Source: Trueperaceae bacterium
GTDB taxonomy: Bacteria > Deinococcota > Deinococci > Deinococcales > Trueperaceae
DNA length: 60,667 nucleotides
Direction: 5' to 3'
Assembly: GCA_036381675.1 (NCBI GenBank)
Contig: DASVCK010000079.1
Location: forward strand, 1-60,667
Below, piece by piece: positions 30,384 to 39,222 of this stretch. Positions within the stretch are counted from its first letter, which is position 1, and the number at the start of each line of letters is the position of its first letter. The position numbers and the translations under genes are program-made. The notes beneath the pieces were generated by a model. That model was not told where the DNA came from. It worked only from the letters and a program-made list of their open reading frames with translations, and made no database searches.

Positions 30384-30595
30384 AGAAATTGAGGATAGTT
30401 TGACGTGTCGTCATACGTCAACGCTCAATCAAACTAAGTGAGGTCCCATGGATGCGGGACGGCAATCTCGAACCTATCGCACTTCTCGCAAGCTTGGACC
30501 AGCAAGTATCTGATGGTACTTTCACCCCAAAGGTCGTGAACGCGACCGCGCCGGGCCCGATAGCTCAGGCCACGACCTCGGGAGGGACCTTGCAG

Positions 30596-31930
30596 ATGGC
30601 AGACACTACCGCCACGAGCGACGAGGTGCGACAAGCTGGCGCCAGAACCCGCGCCCTGAGGGCACGACAGGACCAGGTCGTGTACCCCGCGGTCGGCCGC
30701 ATACAGCTGTACGGAGACGAGCCCATGGCGGTCGACAGGGCCTCCGGCATGTACGTCTACGACGTCGAGGGTAACCGGTACCTCGACTTCTTCGGCGGCA
30801 TCCTCACCGTCTCGGTTGGCCACTGCAACGAGGAGGTCACCGAGGCCACGATCCGGCAGCTCAAGCGGGCGCAACACACGAGCACGCTGTTCGTGAACGA
30901 GGTCATGGTGGCGTTCGCCGAGAAGATGCGCGACGTCACCCCGGGCGACCTCTCCGTCTCGTTCTTCACCAGCTCGGGCAGCGAGGCCAACGAGACCGCG
31001 ATCATGACGGCCCGCATGTACACCGGCCGCACCGACGTCATCGCGCTCCGCCACGGCTACAGCGGGCGCACTCAGACGGCGATGAGCCTCACGGGCCAGG
31101 CGCCGTGGCGCAGCGGCCTCGTCTACGACGGCTACATCAAGCACGTCCGCAACCCGAACATGTACCGGCGCCCGGCCGGCATGACCGAGGACGCGTACCT
31201 GGACCTGTGCGTCTCGGAGGTCGAGGACGTCATCTCCTCGTCGACCGAGGGTCGCATCGCGGCGTTCATCGCCGAGCCCATCCAGGGCGTCGGCGGCTTC
31301 GTCGTGGCGCCGCAGGACTACTTCAGGCGGGTGAAGCCCATCGTCGAGGAGGCCGGTGGCCTGCTCATCATCGACGAGGTGCAGACGGGCTGGGGCCGCA
31401 CGGGCGCCGGCATGTGCGCGATCGGTCACTGGGGCGTGCAGCCCGACATCATGACGTTCGCCAAGGGCGTGGCCAACGGCTACCCCGTGGGCGTCACGAT
31501 CACGACGCCCGAGATCGCCGCGGCCGTGGACCACCTCACGCTCGCGACCTTCGGTGGGAACCCCGTCGCCATGGCGACGGCGCTGGCCACCGTCGAGTAC
31601 ATCGAGCGCCACGGGCTCGTGCGCAACGCCGCCGAACGCGGCCGGCAGCTCAGAGCACACCTCGAACGCCTGGGCTCGGAGCATAGCTGCGTGGGCGAGG
31701 TCCGCGGCATGGGGCTCATGCAGGCGATCGAGTTCGTCGCTGCGGACGGGCGTCCCGACGCGGCGCGCGCCAGCGCGTTCGTGTCGGCGGCCAGGCGGCA
31801 CGGCCTCATCCTGGGCAAGGGCGGCATGGGCGGCAACGTCATCCGCATCGCGCCGCCGCTCATCGTCACGGCGGAGCAGGTGGACGAGGCCACGCGCCAT
31901 ATGGCCCTGGCCCTGCGAGAGGTCGCCTAG
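30596..31930 (+). CDS. Class-III (omega) aminotransferase, AGXT2 / beta-alanine-pyruvate transaminase-like
   Basis: DVEGNRYLDFFGGILTVSVGHCNEEV, FFTSSGSEANETA, LLIIDEVQTGWGRTG, TFAKGVANGYPVG (PLP-Lys context). ATG 30596 is preceded by GGGAGGGA. The track ORF start at 30452 lies in low-GC flank and is probably not coding. Confidence 0.88.
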   Translation: MADTTATSDEVRQAGARTRALRARQDQVVYPAVGRIQLYGDEPMAVDRASGMYVYDVEGNRYLDFFGGILTVSVGHCNEEVTEATIRQLKRAQHTSTLFVNEVMVAFAEKMRDVTPGDLSVSFFTSSGSEANETAIMTARMYTGRTDVIALRHGYSGRTQTAMSLTGQAPWRSGLVYDGYIKHVRNPNMYRRPAGMTEDAYLDLCVSEVEDVISSSTEGRIAAFIAEPIQGVGGFVVAPQDYFRRVKPIVEEAGGLLIIDEVQTGWGRTGAGMCAIGHWGVQPDIMTFAKGVANGYPVGVTITTPEIAAAVDHLTLATFGGNPVAMATALATVEYIERHGLVRNAAERGRQLRAHLERLGSEHSCVGEVRGMGLMQAIEFVAADGRPDAARASAFVSAARRHGLILGKGGMGGNVIRIAPPLIVTAEQVDEATRHMALALREVA

Positions 31931-32010
31931 GCACCCTGCCCGCACGTCGCCCCTGGCGCCACCCGATCGCGGCGCGCGGCTAGGCTCCTGAGCGGCGCCC
32001 ACTCTCGGCG

Positions 32011-32057
32011 CCACGGACGAGGGAGCCGTACCCGGTCAAGCCAAGACGGCCAGGAGG
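32011..32057 (+). promoter_or_regulatory. Guanidine-III riboswitch (ykkC-III motif) including the SD of the downstream SMR gene
   Basis: CCACGGACGAGGGAGCCGUACCCGGUCAAGCCAAGACGGCCAGGAGG. It matches, block for block, the Thermobifida fusca guanidine-III aptamer as I recall it (CCGGACGAGG-UGC-GCCGUACCCGGUCA-GGA-CAAGACGGCGC). GCCGU/ACGGC can form P2. AGGAGG follows immediately, and the GTG start of an SMR/Gdx gene is 7 nt later. Confidence 0.85.
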
Positions 32058-32063
32058 TCTGTT

Positions 32064-32384
32064 GTGGCGTGGTTCATCTTGGTCATCGCCGGCCTGCTCG
32101 AGACCGGTTGGGCGATAGGCCTCAAGTACACAGAGGGGTTCACGAAGCTGGTGCCGTCGGTCCTGACGATCGCCGCCATGGTCGTCTCGATGGCCCTGCT
32201 GGGTCTGGCGCTGCGCGACCTGCCGGTCGGGACGGGCTACGCGGTCTGGGTCGGCATAGGTGCGTTGGGGACGGCGATACTGGGCATCCTGCTGTTCGGC
32301 GAGTCGGCCAACCCCGGTCGGCTGGCGTTCCTCGGTCTCCTCATCGTCTCCCTGGTCGGGCTCAAGCTCACGACCCCGGAGTGA
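32064..32384 (+). CDS. gdx: SMR family transporter, SugE/Gdx-type guanidinium exporter
   Basis: [26 protein letters not shown]... (SugE subtype with the conserved membrane Glu); 106 aa, 4 TM. Sits behind a guanidine riboswitch. Confidence 0.9.
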   Translation: MAWFILVIAGLLETGWAIGLKYTEGFTKLVPSVLTIAAMVVSMALLGLALRDLPVGTGYAVWVGIGALGTAILGILLFGESANPGRLAFLGLLIVSLVGLKLTTPE

Positions 32385-32502
32385 CCAACGGGCCCGGACG
32401 GTAGCTGCCGCCCACTCGCGCCGCGTCGCGCCGCCGCATACAATCTCGCCTAGACCCAGTCCTTGCGCAGGTCTGTACTCCCCCGCGGGTCCCGGAGCGC
32501 CG

Positions 32503-35500
32503 ATGAGCGAGACGATTGCGGTGATCACCGCGCTTGGCGTCGTCGTGGCGATACTCGCCAACCTCACGAACATCGCCCGGTTCCTCGCCGACAGGCGGGA
32601 GAAGCGCGCGGTAGGCGTGAGCGTGGCGACGGCGACGGCCGGGGCGATGTCGGCTCCCGCGGTCGTGACGGCGCCGCCTCCCATCCTCACGCCGGATAGG
32701 CGTATCCGCGTCTTCGTCTCGTCGACGCTGGGAGAGCTGGCAGACGAGCGCCGGGCCGCCCGCGCGGCGATCGAGGGCCTGCGCCTGACGCCCGTGATGT
32801 TCGAGGAGGGTGCGAGGTCGCACCCGCCGGTGCAGGTCTACCGCTCCTACCTCAGCCAGAGCGACGTGTTCGTCGGCATCTACGGCGAGTCCTACGGACA
32901 GCTCTCCCCGGGGTCGGTCGTCTCGGGCCTCGAGGAGGAGTACGGCCTCTCGCAGGGTATGCCTACGCTCCTCTACGTGCTCGACCCCGCGCCGGGACGG
33001 GAGCCCCGGCTCTCGGAGCTCCTGGGCCGTATCAAGGCGGAGGGGCGGTCCTCGTACAGGAAGTACTCGACGGCGACCGAGCTGGCCGAGATCCTCGCCG
33101 ATGACCTCGCCGTCCTGGTAACGGAACGCTTCCACGGCGGCCCCTCCGTGACGGCGCAGCCTGAGAGCGCGGCGCAGCCGGCCCCGGCCCCCACCCCGCC
33201 CGTCCCGGAGCGGGGCGGAAGGCGGCGTCGCGGCTCGGGCGCCGCCTGGCCGGCTCTGGCCGACTACGACCAGCGCACCGGCAAGCCCACGCCGCCGCGG
33301 GTCCCGCTGCCGCCGACCTCCTTCGTGGGTCGCGACGAGCTGCTCAAGAGCCTGGCGGACGTGATCACGGACGAACGCGTTCGGTTGGTGACCGTGCACG
33401 GCCCCGGCGGCATCGGCAAGAGCCGCCTGGCGATCGAGGTGGCCGGGCTCGTCGACGCGAGCTTCCCTGACGGCGTCGTGTTCGTCTCGCTGGACGCCGT
33501 TCGCGATGCGGACCTCCTCGCCGGCGAGATCCTGGCGGCGCTCGAGGTGCGCGAGAACGAGTCCGGCGGGCCGGAGGAGCGTCTGGAGAGCGCCCTGGCC
33601 GGCCGGAAGATGCTGCTGATCCTCGACAACTTCGAGGGCCTGCTGGCGGGCGTGCCGCTCGTCTCGCGGCTGCTGGCCCGCGCGCCCCAACTCAAGCTGC
33701 TCGTGACGTCGCGTCAGATGCTGCGGGCGCGTAGCGAGATCGCCTTCTCGGTGCCGCCGATGACCCTGCCGACGGGACGGCAACGGCTCAGCGCCGAGGA
33801 AGCGCTGCGCTACGACGCGGTGCGTCTGTTCGTCGACCGCGCCGACGACGTCAGCCCCGGCTTCGTGCTCGACGAGGAGAACGTGGACACGGTCGTGGAG
33901 ATCTGCCGCCGCCTCGACGGGCTCCCGTTGCCTATCGAGCTGGCGGCCGCCCGTGTGCGTACCCTGCCCCCGGCGGCGCTGCTGACGCGCATGACGAAGC
34001 GGCTGCCCGTGCTCACCGGTGGCCCCAGAGACGCGCCGGCTCGTCAGCAGACCCTCAGGGCCACGATCACGTGGAGCTACGACCAACTGGAGGAGGACCA
34101 GCAGCGCCTGTTCGCCCGCCTGGCGGTGTTCGATGGCGTCACGTACCTCGACGCGGTCGAGAGCGTGCTCGAGGAGCCGAACGTGCTCGACGGCATCGGG
34201 GCCCTGGTAGACGCGAGCCTGCTCATGCGGCTCGCGCCCGACGAGGAGGCCTACCACATGCTCGAGACGCTCAGGGAGTTCGCCGCCGAGCGACTCGAGG
34301 AGTTGCCAGGGGCAGAGGAGCTGCGCCTCAAGCACGCGCGCTACTTCGTGGTGTTCGGCGGCATCGCCGGCGACGGCCTCAGGGGCGCGGAGCAGCAGGA
34401 GTGGCTCAGGCGCCTACGCGGCTCCGACGGGAACCTGCGCGCCGCGCTCGCCACCCTGCTGGACAGGGGCATGGCGGAGGAGGCGCTCAAACTGTCCTCG
34501 GACCTGCGCCCCTACTGGCATCGCGTCGGCGCGCTCAGCGAGGGAAGGCGCTGGCTCGGCAGGGCCCTGGAGGCGGGGCCGGACGCGCCGGCGATCCTCC
34601 GGGGCGCCGCCATGCTGGCTGACGGCGTGCTGGCGTGGCGTCAGGGCGACCTGAAGGGCGCGCGGCCGCAGCTGGCCGCAGCGCTGGAGATCGCCAAGGA
34701 GGTCTCCGACGACACCTGCGCGATAGTCGCGCTGCGCAGCCTCGGGGCCATCGCCCAGAACCTGGCCGAGTACGAGGAGGCCGACCGGCTCATGCAGGAG
34801 AGCCTGGACCTCTCGGTCAGGGCCGGCGACCGCGAGGCGCAGTCGAACACCTACCTGAGCCTCGGGAACATCGCCCTCGATCAGGGCCTGCACGACCTGG
34901 CCGAGGAGCGCTACGGCCGCAGCCGCGACCTGGCCGATGAGACCGGCGACACCTTGGGCTACGCCTACGCGCTGGACAACCTGAGCGTCAGCGCCTGGCA
35001 CCGCGGCGACCTCCAGGAGGCGGCGCGCCTGGCCGATGAGGTCATGGAGATCTACGAGGAGCTCGACCTGCAGGGCGGCAAGGCCAACGTGTGGCACCGG
35101 CGCTGCCTCGTGGCGATCGAACGCGGCAACCTGGAGGTCGCGGAGGCAGAGGGCCTCAAGGCGCTCGCCGTGCGCGAGGCGCAGGGCGAGGACCGCGGCA
35201 CCTCGTTCGTCCTCTTCGATCTGGCCCGTGTGGCGCTCTCGAGGAGGGACCTCGAGACCGCGCGTGAGCGCCTCGCCAGGGGCCTGAAGCTGGCCACGCG
35301 CCAGGGGGCCCCGGTGATCGAAGTGCTGTACGTGGAGGGCGCCGCCTGGTACCTGAGCCTGCTGGGCAAGCACGAGGAGGCCTACGGCTTGCTGGCCGGT
35401 GCGGAGGCCTGGCGGCACCGGATGGGGGTGCCCATAGCGCCCGTGAACGTGGAGCGACAAAGCCGGCTGGGTCGGATGCTGGAGGGCCGTCTCGACGCTT

Positions 35501-35595
35501 ACACGCGCACGGCGCTGGAAGCGCGAGCGCGCGAGGCCGAGCCGCGGGCGCTGCTCGAGCGCGCCGGAGGGGCGCTGGCCAAGCCGGCCAACTGA
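32503..35595 (+). CDS. Membrane-anchored DUF4062 - STAND (NB-ARC/COG3903-like) ATPase - TPR protein, 1030 aa
   Basis: TM helix IAVITALGVVVAILANL. DUF4062 pattern RIRVFVSSTLGELADERRAARAAIEGLRLTPVMFE...SDVFVGIYGESYG. Pro-rich linker. Walker A GPGGIGKSRLA, Walker B KMLLILDNFE, LLVTSRQ, GLPLPIELAA, QQTLRATITWSYDQLEEDQQRLFARLAVFDG. About 400 aa of TPR-like repeats. The track ORF start at 32260 overlaps gdx and is rejected; ATG 32503 is chosen. Confidence 0.85.
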   Translation: MSETIAVITALGVVVAILANLTNIARFLADRREKRAVGVSVATATAGAMSAPAVVTAPPPILTPDRRIRVFVSSTLGELADERRAARAAIEGLRLTPVMFEEGARSHPPVQVYRSYLSQSDVFVGIYGESYGQLSPGSVVSGLEEEYGLSQGMPTLLYVLDPAPGREPRLSELLGRIKAEGRSSYRKYSTATELAEILADDLAVLVTERFHGGPSVTAQPESAAQPAPAPTPPVPERGGRRRRGSGAAWPALADYDQRTGKPTPPRVPLPPTSFVGRDELLKSLADVITDERVRLVTVHGPGGIGKSRLAIEVAGLVDASFPDGVVFVSLDAVRDADLLAGEILAALEVRENESGGPEERLESALAGRKMLLILDNFEGLLAGVPLVSRLLARAPQLKLLVTSRQMLRARSEIAFSVPPMTLPTGRQRLSAEEALRYDAVRLFVDRADDVSPGFVLDEENVDTVVEICRRLDGLPLPIELAAARVRTLPPAALLTRMTKRLPVLTGGPRDAPARQQTLRATITWSYDQLEEDQQRLFARLAVFDGVTYLDAVESVLEEPNVLDGIGALVDASLLMRLAPDEEAYHMLETLREFAAERLEELPGAEELRLKHARYFVVFGGIAGDGLRGAEQQEWLRRLRGSDGNLRAALATLLDRGMAEEALKLSSDLRPYWHRVGALSEGRRWLGRALEAGPDAPAILRGAAMLADGVLAWRQGDLKGARPQLAAALEIAKEVSDDTCAIVALRSLGAIAQNLAEYEEADRLMQESLDLSVRAGDREAQSNTYLSLGNIALDQGLHDLAEERYGRSRDLADETGDTLGYAYALDNLSVSAWHRGDLQEAARLADEVMEIYEELDLQGGKANVWHRRCLVAIERGNLEVAEAEGLKALAVREAQGEDRGTSFVLFDLARVALSRRDLETARERLARGLKLATRQGAPVIEVLYVEGAAWYLSLLGKHEEAYGLLAGAEAWRHRMGVPIAPVNVERQSRLGRMLEGRLDAYTRTALEARAREAEPRALLERAGGALAKPAN

Positions 35596-35605
35596 AGTCC
35601 GGGCC

Positions 35606-36271
35606 CTAGTCCCGGTTGCCCATGAAGATCGACAGGTAGTAAAGCAGGTACATGATCGATCCGGCCGCGGCGGCGACGTAGGTGAGCGCGGCGGCGTTGA
35701 GCACCTGTCTGGTGCCGCCGACCTCGTTCTGGGTCGCGATGCCCAGGGTACCCAACTGCTGCGCGGCCCGGCTGCTGGCGTTGAACTCGACGGGGAGGGT
35801 GACGATCTGGAACAGCACCGCCGCCCCGAAGAGCAGCACGCCCAGCTGCACCAACCCGAAGAAGCCGATGACCGCGCCGAGGATGATCAACCACGGCGCG
35901 AAGTTGGCACCCAACGTGGCGACGGGTACGAGGGCCGTGCGCACCTGCAAGGGCGCGTAGCCGGTGGCGTGCTGGATCGCGTGGCCCACCTCGTGGGCGG
36001 CGACGGCGTGCGATGCCACGCTCGTGCCCCGAAAGTTGGCGGTGGACAGCGAGACGACCTTCTTGCGCGGGTCGTAGTGGTCGGTCAGCTGGCCGGGGAC
36101 CTCGACGACCCGTACGTCGGTCAGACCGTTGGCGTCCAGGATCATACGGGCGGTCTCGGCGCCGGTCAGGCCGGACGCCGCCGGTACCCGCTGCCACCTC
36201 CCGTATGTGTTCCTCAGGTAGCCCTGCACGAGCATGGTGCCCACCAGCAGGACGATGAAGATCAGTAGCAT
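35606..36271 (-). CDS. Membrane zinc metallopeptidase (Zn_peptidase_2 / YugP-like)
   Basis: HAVAAHEVGHAIQH (HExxH), TM segments at the N- and C-termini, 221 aa. Convergent with the STAND gene (10-nt gap). Confidence 0.85.
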   Translation of the reverse strand: MLLIFIVLLVGTMLVQGYLRNTYGRWQRVPAASGLTGAETARMILDANGLTDVRVVEVPGQLTDHYDPRKKVVSLSTANFRGTSVASHAVAAHEVGHAIQHATGYAPLQVRTALVPVATLGANFAPWLIILGAVIGFFGLVQLGVLLFGAAVLFQIVTLPVEFNASSRAAQQLGTLGIATQNEVGGTRQVLNAAALTYVAAAAGSIMYLLYYLSIFMGNRD

Positions 36272-36427
36272 GTGCCTCCCTCAGGATCCATGAAGGTCCA
36301 ACGCGTAATCTCGCGCCGCGACCTCAAGCGGCGCGCGTCTCTGACACGAGGTTACACGGAAGGTAGCGGCGCGGGAACCCGGCGCGCGACGAGAGCTACA
36401 GCGCGCGCAGGCGTCGTGCCTGACGCG

Positions 36428-36646
36428 CTATGAGCCCAGGCCGTACACCGTCCACAGCAGCCCGAGCCCGAACACCAGGAGCCCGAACACCATGAGGACC
36501 ATGTTCACGAGCATGCCTTCCATCTGCCGCGAGCCCGTGGTCTCGAGGTGCCCGGACGACACCGTGGCGAACATGACCGTGCGCGCGATACCCAGGAGCA
36601 GAGCTGCTCCGCCGACGACCAACATCATCGTGATCACCTGATGCAC
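36428..36646 (-). CDS. Small two-TM membrane protein, hypothetical
   Basis: 72-aa ORF: ITMMLVVGGAALLLGIARTVMF...LVNMVLMVFGLLVFGLGLLWTVYGL. GGGAG lies just upstream, so the true start may be the internal GTG at 36637. Confidence 0.5.
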   Translation of the reverse strand: MHQVITMMLVVGGAALLLGIARTVMFATVSSGHLETTGSRQMEGMLVNMVLMVFGLLVFGLGLLWTVYGLGS

Positions 36647-36717
36647 CTCCCTGGCGTTCTTGGCGACAGGCTAGAGCAGATGCAGCGCGCAGGTGGTCGG
36701 GTCGGGCACGACGTGGG

Positions 36718-37506
36718 CTAGAGCACGCGCCGCCTGAGGGCTGCCGACACCAGTTCGCCGAGGATCACGATGCCGAGAATCGCTATGAGCACGGTGGCCA
36801 CGGTGCGCCAGTCGAACAGGTCGATGGCGCTCTGCAGGATGAGCCCGATGCCGCCCGCGCCCACCAGACCGAGCACCGTCGACTCGCGGATGTTGATGTC
36901 CCAACGCAGGACGGCGACCGCGAAGAAGGCGGGGAGCACCTGAGGCACGATGCCGTAAAGGACGACCTTGGCAGGGCCGGCGCCGGTGGCCTGGATGGCC
37001 TCCACCTGCCGCCTGTCGATCTCCTCGATCGCCTCGGCCATCAGCTTGCCGACGAAGCCTATGGACCTGAACGCGATGGCCAGGATGCCCGCCACGACGC
37101 CTGGGCCGAAGATCGCCACGAACAGCAGCGCCCAGATGATCGTGTTCACCGAGCGGGTGGAGACGACGATGAAGCGACCCAGCCACAGCAGGACCTGGTT
37201 GGACGTGGTGTTGCGGGCCGCGATGTACGCGGTGGGCACCGCCAGTACCAGCGCGAGGAGCGTGGCGATCGTCGCGATGTGAACGGTCTCGATCAGGGCG
37301 GAACCGATCTGGCGGAGGTCATCGAGCTTGGGCGGGCTCATGCGGCCCAGCAGGTCGGCGATCTGGACCGGAGCGTCCTTGACCCACGGCCAGTAGATGT
37401 CGAGGTCGCTCACTGCCCAGAACATCACGGCCACCGTGGCCAGGTACGCCAGGTAGCGCCACATGCGCTGGGCGAACGTGTAGCGCTGCCAGTGGTAGCC
37501 GGTCAC
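36718..37506 (-). CDS. phnE: Phosphonate ABC transporter permease (PhnE-like)
   Basis: ...RSIGFVGKLMAEAIEEID..QVEAI.ATGAG... is the PhnE signature. 4-nt overlap with the upstream phnE. Confidence 0.88.
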   Translation of the reverse strand: MTGYHWQRYTFAQRMWRYLAYLATVAVMFWAVSDLDIYWPWVKDAPVQIADLLGRMSPPKLDDLRQIGSALIETVHIATIATLLALVLAVPTAYIAARNTTSNQVLLWLGRFIVVSTRSVNTIIWALLFVAIFGPGVVAGILAIAFRSIGFVGKLMAEAIEEIDRRQVEAIQATGAGPAKVVLYGIVPQVLPAFFAVAVLRWDINIRESTVLGLVGAGGIGLILQSAIDLFDWRTVATVLIAILGIVILGELVSAALRRRVL

Positions 37507-38309
37507 GTGAGGGCCCCTCTGATGCGGCCGCTGAGCGCCTCGCTGATGAGGATGATCACGATCATCACGATCAGGATCGCCAGCGAGAAGTCGTAGTCGA
37601 AGCGGCGGAACGAGTTCATGAGCGTGCCGCCGATGCCGCCCGCCCCCACGATCCCGACGATGGCGGAGGCGCGCAGGTTGGAGTCGAGCTGGTAGATCGA
37701 GAGACCCACCTGCCTCGGTAGCACCTGGGGGAAGACGGCGTAGGCCAGGACCTTGAAGAAGCCGGCGCCGCTGGCGCGCACCGCCTCGACCTGGCCCGGG
37801 TCGATCTCCTCGATGGCCTCGGCCATGAGCTTGCCGACGAACCCGATCGAGTAGATGACCAGCGTGAGGATCCCGGCGAACGGCCCGAAACCCACGGCCT
37901 TGACGAAGATGATGGCCACGATCACGGGATGGAAGCTGCGGGCGATCGAGATGATCGCCCTGCCCACCAGGTAGACCGCCCGTGGCACGACGTTGCGCGC
38001 GGCGAGTATGCCCAGCACCAGGCTCAACACGACGCCGAGCAGCGTGGCCACGAGAGCGATCTGGATGCTCTCGACGAACCCGTCGATCATGAGGCCGCGC
38101 CGCGAGAAGTCAGGGGGGAAGGCGCGGCTGAAGATCTGGACAGCCCGCGGGATGCCGGTCATGATCCGGGCCCAACTGAGCTCCAGGGACGCGAGCGCCC
38201 ACACCAGGTACGCGGCCGCAGCGGCGAACAGCGCGTAGCGGACGTACGGGTTGGCGATCGCCGGCGGCTTGCGCCAGCGGCGGCTCTCGCGAGGAAGCGT
38301 GACGCTCAC
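37503..38309 (-). CDS. phnE: Phosphonate ABC transporter permease (PhnE-like, first copy)
   Basis: YSIGFVGKLMAEAIEEIDPGQVEAVRASGAG. GTG 38309 lies one nt after the phnC stop. The track ORF start (38453) overlaps phnC. Confidence 0.85.
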   Translation of the reverse strand: MSVTLPRESRRWRKPPAIANPYVRYALFAAAAAYLVWALASLELSWARIMTGIPRAVQIFSRAFPPDFSRRGLMIDGFVESIQIALVATLLGVVLSLVLGILAARNVVPRAVYLVGRAIISIARSFHPVIVAIIFVKAVGFGPFAGILTLVIYSIGFVGKLMAEAIEEIDPGQVEAVRASGAGFFKVLAYAVFPQVLPRQVGLSIYQLDSNLRASAIVGIVGAGGIGGTLMNSFRRFDYDFSLAILIVMIVIILISEALSGRIRGALT

Positions 38310-38310
38310 G

Positions 38311-39138
38311 TCAGGCCCCGTCCTCCACCAGGTCCCCGCCGGCGGACACCTTCTCGCGGCTCCGGACCGGGGTCCAGTCGTCCTCGTCCCCGGTGCCGGC
38401 CGTGCCCTCGTAGATGCTGTCGAGGGCGGTCTCGTCGAGGTCCTTGGGCGCACCGTCGAAGATGATCGTCCCGAAGCGGAGGCCGACGATGCGCTGCGCG
38501 AACTGCCTCGCCTGCGCCACGTTGTGGATGTTCAGCAGCACCGGCAGCCCCAGCTCGCTGGAGATGTCTCCGATGAGCTCCAGGATCTGGACGGAGGTCT
38601 TGGGGTCGAGCGAGGCCGTGGGCTCGTCCGCCAGCAGCAGCTTCGGCTCCTGCATCAGGGCACGCACTACCCCGACTCTCTGCCTCTGGCCGCCCGAGAG
38701 GGCGTCGGCACGCTTGTTGACGTAGTCCTGGAGGCCGACGCGCTCGAGCAGGCCGAACGCCCTGTCGATGTCCGCCTGAGGGTAGCGGCGCGACGCCGCC
38801 TGGAAGAAGTTGACGAAGCCCAGGCGGCCCGACAGCACGTTCTCCATGACGCTGAGGCGGTCGATGAGGTTGAAGTTCTGGAAGATCATGCCGATCGAGC
38901 GCCGCATGTTGCGCAGGGCGGAGCCCTGCAACGCGGTCAGCTCCACGCCGTCCAGGGTGATCGAGCCCGACGTGGGCTCGACGAGACGGTTGATGCACCG
39001 CAGCAGCGTGCTCTTACCGGCACCGGACGAACCGATGATCGCGGTGATGCCGCTGCCGGCGATATGGAGGTCGAGCTCCTTGAGCACCAGCTCGCCCGAC
39101 CCGTAACGCTTGGAGAGCTTGTCGATATCGAGGATCAT
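38311..39138 (-). CDS. phnC: Phosphonate ABC transporter ATP-binding protein (PhnC-like)
   Basis: [45 protein letters not shown]. Confidence 0.9.
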   Translation of the reverse strand: MILDIDKLSKRYGSGELVLKELDLHIAGSGITAIIGSSGAGKSTLLRCINRLVEPTSGSITLDGVELTALQGSALRNMRRSIGMIFQNFNLIDRLSVMENVLSGRLGFVNFFQAASRRYPQADIDRAFGLLERVGLQDYVNKRADALSGGQRQRVGVVRALMQEPKLLLADEPTASLDPKTSVQILELIGDISSELGLPVLLNIHNVAQARQFAQRIVGLRFGTIIFDGAPKDLDETALDSIYEGTAGTGDEDDWTPVRSREKVSAGGDLVEDGA

Positions 39139-39222
39139 CGTGAGATAGCGAGACTCTAGCGAAGGAGGGCGGGGCGCGCCGCGGTATCCCGCGCTACGCT
39201 CGCCCCGCCCTGCCGCTAGCGC

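Noticed and set aside
30555-30580. A tRNA-like string, GGGCCCGATAGCTCAGG (D-arm-like TAGCTCAG)
   Set aside because: No matching GAGC D-stem partner, anticodon arm, T-arm (GTTCGAATC-like) or acceptor complement follows. It is not a tRNA gene. At most it is a fragment, and I could not support even that.
30452-30595. A 48-codon N-terminal extension of the aminotransferase ORF
   Set aside because: It lies in the low-GC flank of the island, has no aminotransferase homology pattern, and a strong GGGAGGGA RBS precedes the internal ATG at 30596.
32260-32502. The upstream extension of the STAND ORF, which would overlap the gdx gene in another frame
   Set aside because: The extension is Arg/Ser-rich junk that overlaps a well-supported SMR gene. 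The first convincing protein sequence (a TM helix) starts at ATG 32503.
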